From assembly GCA_963802335.1 (NCBI GenBank), contig CAWDIE010000008.1, positions 564,601-628,600 on the forward strand: 64,000 bases of DNA. Reading direction: 5' to 3'. Below, piece by piece: positions 43,661-53,010 of this stretch; position 1 is the stretch's first letter, and each line of letters starts with the position of its first letter. A program made the position numbers and the translations under genes. The notes under the pieces are model-generated. The model did no database searches, was not told the DNA's origin, and saw only the letters and a list, made by a program, of their open reading frames with translations. Source of the DNA: an uncultured Planctomycetota bacterium (GTDB lineage: Bacteria; Planctomycetota; PLA2; JAEUHO01).

Positions 43661-46600
43661 ATGGTGCGTCGGCCGAGCTTCGTCCATACCCACGTCCACA
43701 GCGACTACAGCCTTCTGGACGGTGCGGCCAAGATCAAGGACCTCGTGGCGTCCGCCGTCCGGTACGAGCAGCCGGCCCTGGCCCTCACCGATCACGGCAA
43801 CCTCTGCGGCGCGATCGAGTTCTACAAGGCCTGCCGCAAGCAGGGCGTCAAGCCGCTCGTCGGCCTCGAAGCCTACCTGGCCCCTCACTCGCGCCGCGAC
43901 CGCGAGCGCAACCCGGTGGCTGCCTTTCACCTGATCCTCCTGGCGCAGAACGAGACCGGCTACCGCAACCTCATCAAGCTCTCGTCCCGGGCCTTCACCG
44001 AAGGGTTCTACTACGTCCCCCGCATCGACAAGGAGTTGCTCGCGGCTCACAGCGAGGGGCTGATCGCGCAGTCGGCCTGCTTGTCGGGCGAGCCCTCCTA
44101 CTACGCGCGCCACGACGATCTCAAGCGGGCTACGCACGCAGCCCGCGAGATGAAGGAGATCCTCGGCGACCGCTACTACCTCGAGCTCCAGCGCAACGGT
44201 TGCGAGGGGCAGGCCAAGGTCAACGAGACGCTGATCAAGATCGGCCGCGCGGAGGGGATACCCCTCGTCGCCACGAACGACATCCACTACGTCGCCGAGG
44301 ACGACGCCCAAGCCCACGAGGTGCACATGTGCATCGGCATGGGCAAGATGCTCAAGGATCAGAACCGTCTGAAGCAGGAGAGCCTGCTCTGCTTCCGCGC
44401 CTCCGATCCCATGTACGCGCTCTTCTCCGACGTCGAAGAGGCCGCCTACAACACGCACGAGATCGCTTCGCGCTGCGATCTCGAGCTCGACCTCGACACG
44501 ATGCACCTCCCGGCCTACCAGGCGCCCGGCGGCGAAGACAATGTGACGTTCTTCCGTCGCCTCTGTCGAGAGGGCTGCGAGCGTCTCTACGGCGCGCCGC
44601 TCTCGGACGCCGTGGAAGACCGGCTCCGCATGGAGCAGGGTGTCATCGAGCAGATGGGGTTCGTGCCCTACTTCCTCATCACGTGGGACTTCGTGAACTA
44701 CGCCAAGAAGGAGGGCATCCCGGTCGGCCCCGGGCGGGGGAGCGCGGCGGGGTCCATCGTGGCCTACGCCTTGGGCATCACCACCGTGGATCCGCTCAAG
44801 TACGACCTCATCTTCGAGCGCTTCCTCAACCCGTCCCGCATCTCGATGCCGGACATCGATATCGACTTCTGCAAGGACGGGCGCGAGCAGGTCATCCGCT
44901 ACGTGCAGGACAAGTACGGGGGACCGGACCGCGTCAGCCAGATCATCACATTCGGCCGCATGGCGGCACGGGCCGTGATTCGAGACGTCGGGCGCGTGCT
45001 GGACGTCCCCCTGCGAGACGTGGATGCGCTGGCCAAGAAGGTGCCCAGCGGACCCAAGGCCACGCTCGAGCACGCCTTGGCGTCGGATCCGGACCTGAAG
45101 AAGGAGGTCGACGGGAACGACGAGTACCGGCGCTTGATCGACATCGCGCTCAAGCTCGAGGGCATGAACCGCAACGCCAGCAAGCATGCCGCCGGCGTCG
45201 TGATCGCCGACGCCCCGCTGGAGAACTACGTACCGCTGTACAAGGTCGGCAAGGATCTGACGACGCAGTTCAGCATGGACATCCTCGAGCAGATCGGGCT
45301 GCTCAAGATGGACTTCCTCGGCCTGCGGACGCTCACCATCATCGCGAAGACCCTCGAGAACATCCGGCGGAGCGGCGTCGAGGTCCCGGACATCGACGAC
45401 CTGCCGCCCGACGACATCGAGACCTTCCAGATGCTCTGTGCCGGTGAGGCCCTCGGCGTGTTCCAACTCGAGTCCTCGGGGATGCGTGACCTGCTGCGTC
45501 GCATTCGGCCCGAGACCTTCGATGACCTGACGGCCATCGTGGCGCTCTATCGACCGGGACCGATGGGCTCCGGCATGATGGACATGTACATCGAGCGCAA
45601 GGACGGACGGGAGCCGATCAGCTACCCGCATCCGAGCCTCGAGCCCATCCTCAAGGAGACGCGAGGCGTCGTCGTCTACCAGGAACAGGTGATGCGGATC
45701 ACCAACGTCCTGGCGGGCTTCGAACTCTCCGAAGCGGATAGCCTGCGCAAGGCCATGGGCAAGAAGAAGCCCGAGCTTCTGGCGACGTTCCAGCAGAAGT
45801 TCGTTGACGGGTGCGAGACGAAAGGCGTGCCGCGGGAGCGCGCCGAGGAGATCTGGGCGCAGCTCGAGCACTTCGCCGGGTACGGCTTCAACAAGAGCCA
45901 CTCGGTCGCCTACGCCGTGGTCACCTACCAGACGGCGTTCCTGAAGCGTCACTTCCCGCGCGAGTTCATGGCGGCGCTGCTCACGTGCGAGATGATGGAC
46001 ATGGACAAGGTGACGGAGTACGTCGACGAAGCCCGCCGCATGGGCATTGCCGTACTCCCGCCCGACGTCTCGTTGTCCGAACAGGACTTCACGGTCGAGG
46101 GCGAGAACATCCGCTACGGGCTCTCTGCCGTGAAAGGGGTCGGCCGCGCGGCCGCGGATGCGATCGTGGCGGGACGAGAGGGGTCGCCATACGGAAACGT
46201 CTTCGATCTGTGCGAGCGGGTCGATCACAAGGCGGTGAATCGAGCCGCGCTCGAGGCCCTCGTGAAGGCGGGCGCGTTCGACGCGACGGGGGCACGTCGC
46301 TCCCAGGTCGAGGCGGTCCTGGAGCGGGCGACCAAGCTGGGCGCCACGGTGTCGGCCGACCGCTCGGCGGGGCAACTGGGCCTCTTCGGCGGCGCCTCGC
46401 CCGAGGCCGACGACGAGCCCGACTACCCCGTGATCGCCGAGTGGCCGGATGCGCAGCGGATGGCCTGGGAACGCGAGGCCATCGGCTTCTACGCCACGGA
46501 CCACCCCCTCGCACGCCACGAGCGTCTGCTCCGACGCCTGGCGTCCACGACGACGACCGGGCTCAAGGACATTACGGACGATCGTGCCCAGGTGCGCCTC

Positions 46601-47101
46601 GGTGGGATGATTCGTGCGCCGCGCACGTCGATCGTGAAGAGCGGCCGCAACGAGGGACGCCGCATGGCGTTCTTTCAACTGGAGGACTTCTCCGGGTCGG
46701 TCGAGTGCGTCGTGTTCTCCCGCGCCTACGCCGAGCTGGAGCATCTGGTGACGGACGATCGTGTCGTCCTGCTGGAAGGCAAGGTCGACACCACGCGCGA
46801 GACGCCCTCCGTCCAGGTCGATCGGATCGTGCCGGTCGAGGACGCGCCCCGGGACATGGCGCGGGGGGTGCTCGTGCGCCTCCGTCAGGCGGATGGTCCC
46901 GTCCTGGACCGCCTGCAGACCGAGATCCAGAGCGCGCCGGGTGCGCTGCCGCTCGTGCTGGAGTTCCTCGCGGACGACGAGACGCTGGCGCGCGTGAAGG
47001 CGGGCCCCGCCTGGAGCGTCGCGGCCGACGACGCCCTCCTGGAGCGGCTCGCCGGCGTGCCCGACGTGGACACGGCCGAGTATCTGGCCCGGGCGCCCTG
47101 A
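43661..47101 (+). CDS. dnaE: DNA polymerase III alpha subunit
   Basis: The PHP domain reads FVHTHVHSDYSLLDGA. Also present are the palm motif PDIDIDF, the HhH region and a C-terminal OB fold. The ORF is 1146 aa and uninterrupted. Confidence 0.97.
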   Translation: MVRRPSFVHTHVHSDYSLLDGAAKIKDLVASAVRYEQPALALTDHGNLCGAIEFYKACRKQGVKPLVGLEAYLAPHSRRDRERNPVAAFHLILLAQNETGYRNLIKLSSRAFTEGFYYVPRIDKELLAAHSEGLIAQSACLSGEPSYYARHDDLKRATHAAREMKEILGDRYYLELQRNGCEGQAKVNETLIKIGRAEGIPLVATNDIHYVAEDDAQAHEVHMCIGMGKMLKDQNRLKQESLLCFRASDPMYALFSDVEEAAYNTHEIASRCDLELDLDTMHLPAYQAPGGEDNVTFFRRLCREGCERLYGAPLSDAVEDRLRMEQGVIEQMGFVPYFLITWDFVNYAKKEGIPVGPGRGSAAGSIVAYALGITTVDPLKYDLIFERFLNPSRISMPDIDIDFCKDGREQVIRYVQDKYGGPDRVSQIITFGRMAARAVIRDVGRVLDVPLRDVDALAKKVPSGPKATLEHALASDPDLKKEVDGNDEYRRLIDIALKLEGMNRNASKHAAGVVIADAPLENYVPLYKVGKDLTTQFSMDILEQIGLLKMDFLGLRTLTIIAKTLENIRRSGVEVPDIDDLPPDDIETFQMLCAGEALGVFQLESSGMRDLLRRIRPETFDDLTAIVALYRPGPMGSGMMDMYIERKDGREPISYPHPSLEPILKETRGVVVYQEQVMRITNVLAGFELSEADSLRKAMGKKKPELLATFQQKFVDGCETKGVPRERAEEIWAQLEHFAGYGFNKSHSVAYAVVTYQTAFLKRHFPREFMAALLTCEMMDMDKVTEYVDEARRMGIAVLPPDVSLSEQDFTVEGENIRYGLSAVKGVGRAAADAIVAGREGSPYGNVFDLCERVDHKAVNRAALEALVKAGAFDATGARRSQVEAVLERATKLGATVSADRSAGQLGLFGGASPEADDEPDYPVIAEWPDAQRMAWEREAIGFYATDHPLARHERLLRRLASTTTTGLKDITDDRAQVRLGGMIRAPRTSIVKSGRNEGRRMAFFQLEDFSGSVECVVFSRAYAELEHLVTDDRVVLLEGKVDTTRETPSVQVDRIVPVEDAPRDMARGVLVRLRQADGPVLDRLQTEIQSAPGALPLVLEFLADDETLARVKAGPAWSVAADDALLERLAGVPDVDTAEYLARAP

Positions 47102-47176
47102 GCCCCTGCGGGGCATCGGTGGGGGGGACTCCGGCCACTTGACAGGCCGGTGACGCCGACACGGGAAGGTGCGCGC

Positions 47177-48060
47177 ATGGACCACCCCGTCATCCGCGCC
47201 GCCCTCCTCGTTGCCGTGGCCGTGCTCGCGAGCGCTTGCTCTTCCGGCCCCAAGCCCGCGCCCGCGGAGCCGTCCACGGCGGCCGCCCCGCCGGCCGCGC
47301 CCGTGACCGCGCGCGTCGCGGACGACCGCCTGGTCAGGGGGGGCAGCTCACGGCCCAAGATCGCCGGATTTTCGATCAGGCCTGGGCCCTCTTCGTCGCG
47401 CGGGACCCTCGCTGGACGGTGGCGCGGGACCAGTGGCTGGCGCGAGGCGGAGCCGCCCCCTACGTGCTGTCGGAGAACCTCTTCCGGTACTTCTGGAGCG
47501 CCTCCAAGTACAACAAGCGCGCCGAGATCTCGCGGGTGGCGTACGAGGCCAAGGCCGTGGGCGAGCCCGCGGTCGCCTACTTCACGAAGCCGCTCGTGAC
47601 GGACCTCTGGCCGCTGCCCGAGCCGGTGACCGTGCAGGTGTTCAACCCCGACAACCCACGTGAGCCGATCGAGAAGACGTTCCAGCACTTCGACATCGAC
47701 GATCTCACCCGGCAACACGCCACGTTCGTCCTCGCGGCCATCGGACCGCCCGCCGTCCCGACACTGACCTCACCCGCCGTCCTCCGCTCGTCCGTCGCCT
47801 CCGCGCCCCGCTATGCCGCGTACGCGCTCGGTGCGATCGGAACGCCCCCGGCGATCGATCAGCTCGGCACGCTGCTGCGAACCCGGTCCGATTGGCAGGA
47901 CCGGGCCGCGGCGGCGAAGGGACTGGGCTTCGCGCTGCGCAAGGATCCGTCCAACGCGAAGGTCCGTGCCTTCCTCGAGGGGGCCCGAGGCGACCCGGAC
48001 CGCTTCGTGCGCGAGAAGGTGGACGAGGGCCTGGCCGGGCGCACGACCATCGACCTGTAG
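47177..48060 (+). pseudogene. HEAT/PBS-lyase-repeat lipoprotein, reading frame broken in a G7 run (47337-47343)
   Basis: GGGAAGG plus ATG 47177 gives MDHPVIRAALLVAVAVLASACSSG (lipobox). That frame turns to nonsense after ...ARVADDRLVRG. Track ORF 47236..48060 is meaningful only from GQLTAQDRRIFDQAWALF onward, with HEAT-like repeats (AAYALGAIGTPPAIDQLGTLLRTRSDWQDRAAAAKGLG). Confidence 0.65.
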
Positions 48061-48299
48061 CCTGGATGACTCATGAACCTTGGCGTAGTCGCGCGGTCCT
48101 GGGCACTTGGAGCCGAGATTCCGCGTTGCTCCTCCTCGGCGATGCGCAGCGGCATCGAGTCGTCGTCGCGCCTTGACCTTCGGCTCCAGGAGCACCCAGG
48201 ACACCCCGTCGCTCGAGCGAGGGCCGCATGCAGGGCCGCCGAACCCCACTCGTTTGCGCCTTCCGCGATGGACGGCGCGCGCTTCATGAATCATCCAGG
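48061..48299. repeat. 239-bp intergenic segment bounded by 17-bp terminal inverted repeats (16/17 match)
   Basis: The left arm is CCTGGATGACTCATGAA (48061-48077). The right arm is TTCATGAATCATCCAGG (48283-48299). The arms are AT-rich relative to their surroundings. The segment starts immediately after the stop of the HEAT gene. Confidence 0.85.
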
Positions 48300-48383
48300 C
48301 CAGTCCCCGGACGGCGGCAGGCGTCACGCCGCATGGAGGAGGCGACCGGCCGTCGAGTACCCTGCGCGTTCCAAGGAGGGACC

Positions 48384-48887
48384 ATGGCGGTCTGGAAAGT
48401 CCAAAGGCTCGGTCAGGTGTCCTCGGTGACGGGCGAGGCGTTTCCCCCGGACACGCCGGTGGTCACGGCGCTCTACGGCGAGGAAGAAGAGCAGGGCGAG
48501 GACAAGGTCCGAGGCAGTGGCTTCGTGCGGCGCGACTTCCTGGTCGACGAGGCGACGGACGAGCGGCTCGAAGGCGCCTTCTGCATCTGGCGGACCCGTA
48601 CCGCGCCCCCCAAGAAGGACGCCGACCGTCGCCTGGATCTGGACATGGCGCGTCAGTTCCTGGAACGCCTGCTGGCGGAAGGGGACGAGAAGCGGGCCGG
48701 CGTCTGTCTCGCCCTGGCCCTGCTCCTCGTGCGCAAGCGCCGGCTCGCCCTCGTCGAGCAACGCGATGACGTGTTGGTCGCCCGGTGGCCGCGGCAGACC
48801 GAGACGTTCCTCGTCCCCGCCCCGCAGCTGACCGAAGCCGATGCGGAGGCCCTCGAGCAGGAACTCCAGCGGTTGTTCGAGCTATAG
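48384..48887 (+). CDS. conserved-looking hypothetical protein (168 aa)
   Basis: AAGGAGGG lies 4 nt upstream of ATG 48384 (the inner start of track ORF 48228..48887). Composition is balanced. No family was recognised. Confidence 0.6.
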   Translation: MAVWKVQRLGQVSSVTGEAFPPDTPVVTALYGEEEEQGEDKVRGSGFVRRDFLVDEATDERLEGAFCIWRTRTAPPKKDADRRLDLDMARQFLERLLAEGDEKRAGVCLALALLLVRKRRLALVEQRDDVLVARWPRQTETFLVPAPQLTEADAEALEQELQRLFEL

Positions 48888-48967
48888 CCCCGCCAGCCCC
48901 GCTTGCCCGTCCGGGCCCCTCGGCGGCCAGCACCCGGAGGGGGGGCGCCTCCTCGTATGATCGAGGC

Positions 48968-50578
48968 GTGTCGCACCAAGTACTCTCTCGCAAGTACCGG
49001 CCCCAGTCCTTCGACCAGCTCGTGGGTCAAGAGCACGTCGGCCGGATCCTGACCAACGCCATCCAGTCGGGGCGCGTGGGCCACGCCTACCTCTTCGTGG
49101 GGCCGCGTGGCGTCGGGAAGACCACCACCGCACGCATCTTCGCGAAAGCCCTGAATTGCCAGGGCGCGACGAGCGAACACGGAACCTCCGAGCCGTGCGG
49201 AACGTGTGCGTCTTGCGTGGACATCACCGCCGGGGTGGACCTCGACGTCGTCGAGATGGATGCGGCGTCGAACAACGCCGTGGACGACGTGCGGCGGCTC
49301 CGGGAGCAAGTGGGGTACGCGACCGTTCGTTCGCGGCATCGCATCTGGATCGTGGACGAGGTCCACATGCTGTCGGGGCCGGCATTCAACGCATTCCTCA
49401 AGACGCTGGAGGAACCGCCCGACGGCGTGAAGTTCATCTTCTGCACGACCGAGGAACACAAGCTGCCGGACACCTTCCGCAGCCGTTGCCAGCGCGTCGA
49501 ATTCCGCCCCATCGAGATCGTCGCCATGGCGGACAGGCTTCGGGCGCTGGCGGAGCGAGAGGGTGTGGGCGTCGAGGATGGCCTCTGCGAGGACATCGCC
49601 GCGGCGGCGCTCGGCGGGCTGCGCGATGCCGAGAGTCTCCTCGAGCAGCTGATCGCCGCCTCACCCGAGGGCACGCTCGCGCGCGCCGACCTGGACCATC
49701 TCGCGGGGCGCGCTCCGCGCCTCAGCCTCGCCGCCTTGCTCGACGCCGTCGAACAAGGGGAGGCGGGGGCCGCGCTGGACGCGGTGGACCTCTGCCTGGA
49801 GGCCGGAGCGAAACCGGGTGTCCTCCTCGAGCAGTGGATGGACCAGTTGCGGCAGCGACTCCTCGACGCCGCCCGCGCCCCCCGTGAGGAGGACGAAGGG
49901 CGTGGTGTCGTCGGGAACGCCCGGGCGCTCGACGTGTTGCTCGAAAAGCGCATGCACCTTCGCTCGGGCGCGGACGGCACGCTCGTCTGCCAGGTGGCCG
50001 CCGTGGAATTGGCTCGCCTTCCGGACGCGCGCGATCTCGATCGCCTCATCGCCGCCTTGACCGAAGGCGGGCCGGATGCCAAGGCTCCGCGCAGCCATCG
50101 TCCTGGACCCGGGGCGGGGGCCGCGGCAGGACCCGCCAAGGGGGCGCCGGCCCCGTCCGTGGGGAGCAACGAAGAGGAGGCGCCCGCGCCACCAACCGCA
50201 GACGCCATCCGCGCGCGCTGGGCCGACGTCGTGCGAGCCGCGACCCCGCTGGACGCCCGGCTCGCCGAGGCGCTCGACCGCGGACGTCCGGGGGAGCTTC
50301 GGGATGGGCGCCTCGAGGTGCACGTGGCTCGTCACGAGCGCCTGGCCCAGTCCGCGCTTGGACGGCGCGAGGCCATCCTCCTCTTCCGCAAGGTCACCCA
50401 AGCGCTCTTCTCCGTGCCGCTGGCCCCGTTGGTGGTCATCGACGAGACGATCCCCGCGCCGGCACGCGACACGTCGGCTCCCCACGAGCATCCCGTCGTT
50501 CGCATGGTCGCCGAGAAGACCAGCGGGCGCCTCCTGAACGTCGAGAAGCCGCCGCCTCCGGCGCCGGCGGGGAGTTGA
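48968..50578 (+). CDS. dnaX: DNA polymerase III subunits gamma/tau
   Basis: The GTG start gives VSHQVLSRKYRPQSFDQLVGQEHV. Walker A is GPRGVGKTTTARI. The zinc module is CGTCASC, and DEVHML and SRCQ follow. Confidence 0.93.
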   Translation: MSHQVLSRKYRPQSFDQLVGQEHVGRILTNAIQSGRVGHAYLFVGPRGVGKTTTARIFAKALNCQGATSEHGTSEPCGTCASCVDITAGVDLDVVEMDAASNNAVDDVRRLREQVGYATVRSRHRIWIVDEVHMLSGPAFNAFLKTLEEPPDGVKFIFCTTEEHKLPDTFRSRCQRVEFRPIEIVAMADRLRALAEREGVGVEDGLCEDIAAAALGGLRDAESLLEQLIAASPEGTLARADLDHLAGRAPRLSLAALLDAVEQGEAGAALDAVDLCLEAGAKPGVLLEQWMDQLRQRLLDAARAPREEDEGRGVVGNARALDVLLEKRMHLRSGADGTLVCQVAAVELARLPDARDLDRLIAALTEGGPDAKAPRSHRPGPGAGAAAGPAKGAPAPSVGSNEEEAPAPPTADAIRARWADVVRAATPLDARLAEALDRGRPGELRDGRLEVHVARHERLAQSALGRREAILLFRKVTQALFSVPLAPLVVIDETIPAPARDTSAPHEHPVVRMVAEKTSGRLLNVEKPPPPAPAGS

Positions 50579-50583
50579 CGAGC

Positions 50584-51204
50584 ATGGTCACGCCGCCGAG
50601 CCTGGATCGTCTCGTCGAGGCGCTGGAGCGACTCCCCGGCATCGGGCGACGCAGCGCGGAGAGGATCGCCCACCATCTGCTGCGCGTCCGAGCGGACGAG
50701 GCCATCGCGCTCGCCGACGCCATCCGTGATGCGCGTGAACGCATTCATCCGTGCTCGCGTTGTCGGGCCCCGTCCGAGCAGGACCCGTGTCGGATCTGTC
50801 GTGACGATCAACGGGACGCCTCGCTCCTCATGGTCGTGGAGACGGCTCGGGACCTGGCCGCGGTGGAGCAGGGGGGGGGCTACCGTGGCCTGTACTTCGT
50901 CCTCGGCGGTCGCCTCAGTCCGCTCGAAGGCGTCACCGCCTCCGACCTCGATCTCGAAGCGCTCGAGCGGCGCGTCGTCGAGGGTCACGTTAAAGAGGTC
51001 TGCCTCGCCACGAATCCGGATCTCGAGGGGGACGGTACGGCGCTCGCGGTTACGCGGGCCCTGGCGGGGAGCGGCGTCGACGTGACGCGTCTGGCCCGGG
51101 GGCTGCCGGCCGGCGGGCAGATCGAGTACCAGCATGCCTCCGTGTTGGCGGAGGCATTCGAGGGGCGCACGCGCGTTCAGACGAAGCGCGAGAAGGAAGC
51201 GTAG
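50584..51204 (+). CDS. recR: recombination protein RecR
   Basis: The HhH motif is LPGIGRRSAERIAHHLL. The C4 zinc finger is CSRC...CRIC. The Toprim region is LLMVVETARDLAAVE and NPDLEGDGTA. An alternative TTG start at 50575 overlaps the dnaX stop. Confidence 0.93.
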   Translation: MVTPPSLDRLVEALERLPGIGRRSAERIAHHLLRVRADEAIALADAIRDARERIHPCSRCRAPSEQDPCRICRDDQRDASLLMVVETARDLAAVEQGGGYRGLYFVLGGRLSPLEGVTASDLDLEALERRVVEGHVKEVCLATNPDLEGDGTALAVTRALAGSGVDVTRLARGLPAGGQIEYQHASVLAEAFEGRTRVQTKREKEA

Positions 51205-51511
51205 CGCAGCCGCGTGGCGCGGCCAGGACGACTGCTCGGTCGTTCCGCGAGCCACGCTGCGTGCGCTTCGTTCGTCGTGCCGTGTACGTCGCGAGACAGT
51301 CACGCGCCCGGCACGTGCGGTGCCCGCGCGCGGCGGTGTCATCGACCTGCGTGACTCGATCTGCGTGGTCGGAGCGAGCGCGCGACGCGAGCATGCACAT
51401 GCTACCGCGAAGCCGAGCCGCGGGTGCGACCGACCTGCGTCCCCTTCGGTCGCCCAGGGATCGAGACCGGCTTTGCCGGGTGGCGTGGTGGGGAGGTAGA
51501 CTAGGCGCACG

Positions 51512-52951
51512 ATGCGCTTGGAAGTGGGTCTCAATCTTCGTCTCTCCCAGCAACTGCGGTTGGCGCCGCAGATCATCCAGTCCATCGAGATCCTGCAGCT
51601 GCCGGCCATGGATCTGCGGGAACTGATCGAGAACGAGCTGCAAGAGAACGAAGCCCTGGAAGTTCTCGAGCCGGTTGCCGAGGTCGTTCCGGAACCCGAG
51701 CGCGAGCTTCGCGACGAGGACTCCTCGTTCGAGGACGACGCCGAGCGCATCCTGGACCGGCTCGACGCCCTGACGGATGCCGAGCGCGGTGCCGGGGGCT
51801 ACGCGAGCCGCGGCGCCGCCGAAGAGGCGGCGGACCGCAAGCTCGAGGCGATGCAGAACACGCCCGCGGCCGACTCCGGTCTGCCCGAGCACCTCATGAT
51901 CCAGTTGGAGGAAGCCGAGACCACCCCCGAGGTGCGTCGTGCGGCCGAGGCCATCATCTACAACCTCGACGATGGCGGCTACCTGCCCTGCACGCTTCAG
52001 GAGGCCATCGACGGGATGGACGTGCCCGTGAGTACGGAGGACGCCGAGACCGCGCTCGGCCTGATCCAAACGTTCGATCCCTACGGGGTGGGCGCACGCG
52101 ACTTGCGCGAGTGCCTGCTGCTGCAGATTCGCAACGGCGAGAGCGACGCCACGGCGAAGCGCACGCTCATTCGCGAGCACCTCGACGACGTCACGCGCAA
52201 CAAGCTACCGAAGGTGGCCAAGGCGATGGACATGGGCGTTCAGGACGTGTACGAGCTGCTCCAGGGCCTCTCGCACCTGAGTACGCGCCCCGGCGCCGCG
52301 TACTCGTCGAATCCGATTCGCTACATCTCTCCCGACGTGGTCGTGGATTGGGAAGACGGCGACTACGTCGTCCGGCTCGTCAACGACAATCTCCCCCGCA
52401 TCGGCTTGAGTCCCCGTATCCGGTCGATGCTGAAGGAGTCACGCGGCGACGCGAAGGTACGCGAGTACCTCAAGAAGAAGATCGACTCCGCGAAGTGGCT
52501 CATCGAGGCCATCGCACAGCGCAAGAGCACCTTGGAGCGCGTCGCGAAGGAGATCGTCAAGCGGCAGCGGGACTACCTCGACTTCGGCGTGAGCCACCTG
52601 CATCCGCTCAAGATGCAGGAGGTGGCCGACGCGCTGGGGATCCACGTGTCCACCGTCAGCCGCGCCATCAGCGACAAACACGCGCAGACCCCCCAGGGCA
52701 TCGTGCCGCTCAAGTTCTTCTTCACGGGCGGAACGGAGAGCGAGGACGGAAGCGTCGAGTCGAGGCAGAGCGTCAAGGAGCGTGTCCGGCACATCATCGA
52801 GGGCGAGGACAAGGGCAAGCCGTTCTCGGACGACGAGGTGGCCGAACGCCTCAACAAGGAGTTCGGCTTGTCGATCGCGAGGCGCACCGTGACCAAGTAC
52901 CGCAAGGCGCTGGGCATCCCGTCGTCGCGGCAGCGCCGTGTGTGGTCGTAG
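51512..52951 (+). CDS. rpoN: RNA polymerase sigma-54 factor
   Basis: Region I reads LRLSQQLRLAPQIIQSIEILQLPAMDLRELI. An acidic region II follows. The HTH is EVADALGIHVSTVSRA and the RpoN box is ARRTVTKYRKALGIPSS. Confidence 0.96.
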   Translation: MRLEVGLNLRLSQQLRLAPQIIQSIEILQLPAMDLRELIENELQENEALEVLEPVAEVVPEPERELRDEDSSFEDDAERILDRLDALTDAERGAGGYASRGAAEEAADRKLEAMQNTPAADSGLPEHLMIQLEEAETTPEVRRAAEAIIYNLDDGGYLPCTLQEAIDGMDVPVSTEDAETALGLIQTFDPYGVGARDLRECLLLQIRNGESDATAKRTLIREHLDDVTRNKLPKVAKAMDMGVQDVYELLQGLSHLSTRPGAAYSSNPIRYISPDVVVDWEDGDYVVRLVNDNLPRIGLSPRIRSMLKESRGDAKVREYLKKKIDSAKWLIEAIAQRKSTLERVAKEIVKRQRDYLDFGVSHLHPLKMQEVADALGIHVSTVSRAISDKHAQTPQGIVPLKFFFTGGTESEDGSVESRQSVKERVRHIIEGEDKGKPFSDDEVAERLNKEFGLSIARRTVTKYRKALGIPSSRQRRVWS

Positions 52952-53010
52952 GACCGTTTCCATGGGGTAAGGAGGAGCATGCGCCGCCGAGGGATCGTAG
53001 GAACGACGCT

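Noticed and set aside
43631-47185. 1184-aa minus-strand ORF
   Set aside because: It is the exact antisense shadow of dnaE, with the same compositional signature. The dnaE frame carries all the polymerase motifs.
51427-51475. GGATCGAGACC resembling a tRNA T-loop upstream of rpoN
   Set aside because: No complementary T-stem, acceptor stem or anticodon arm can be drawn around it.
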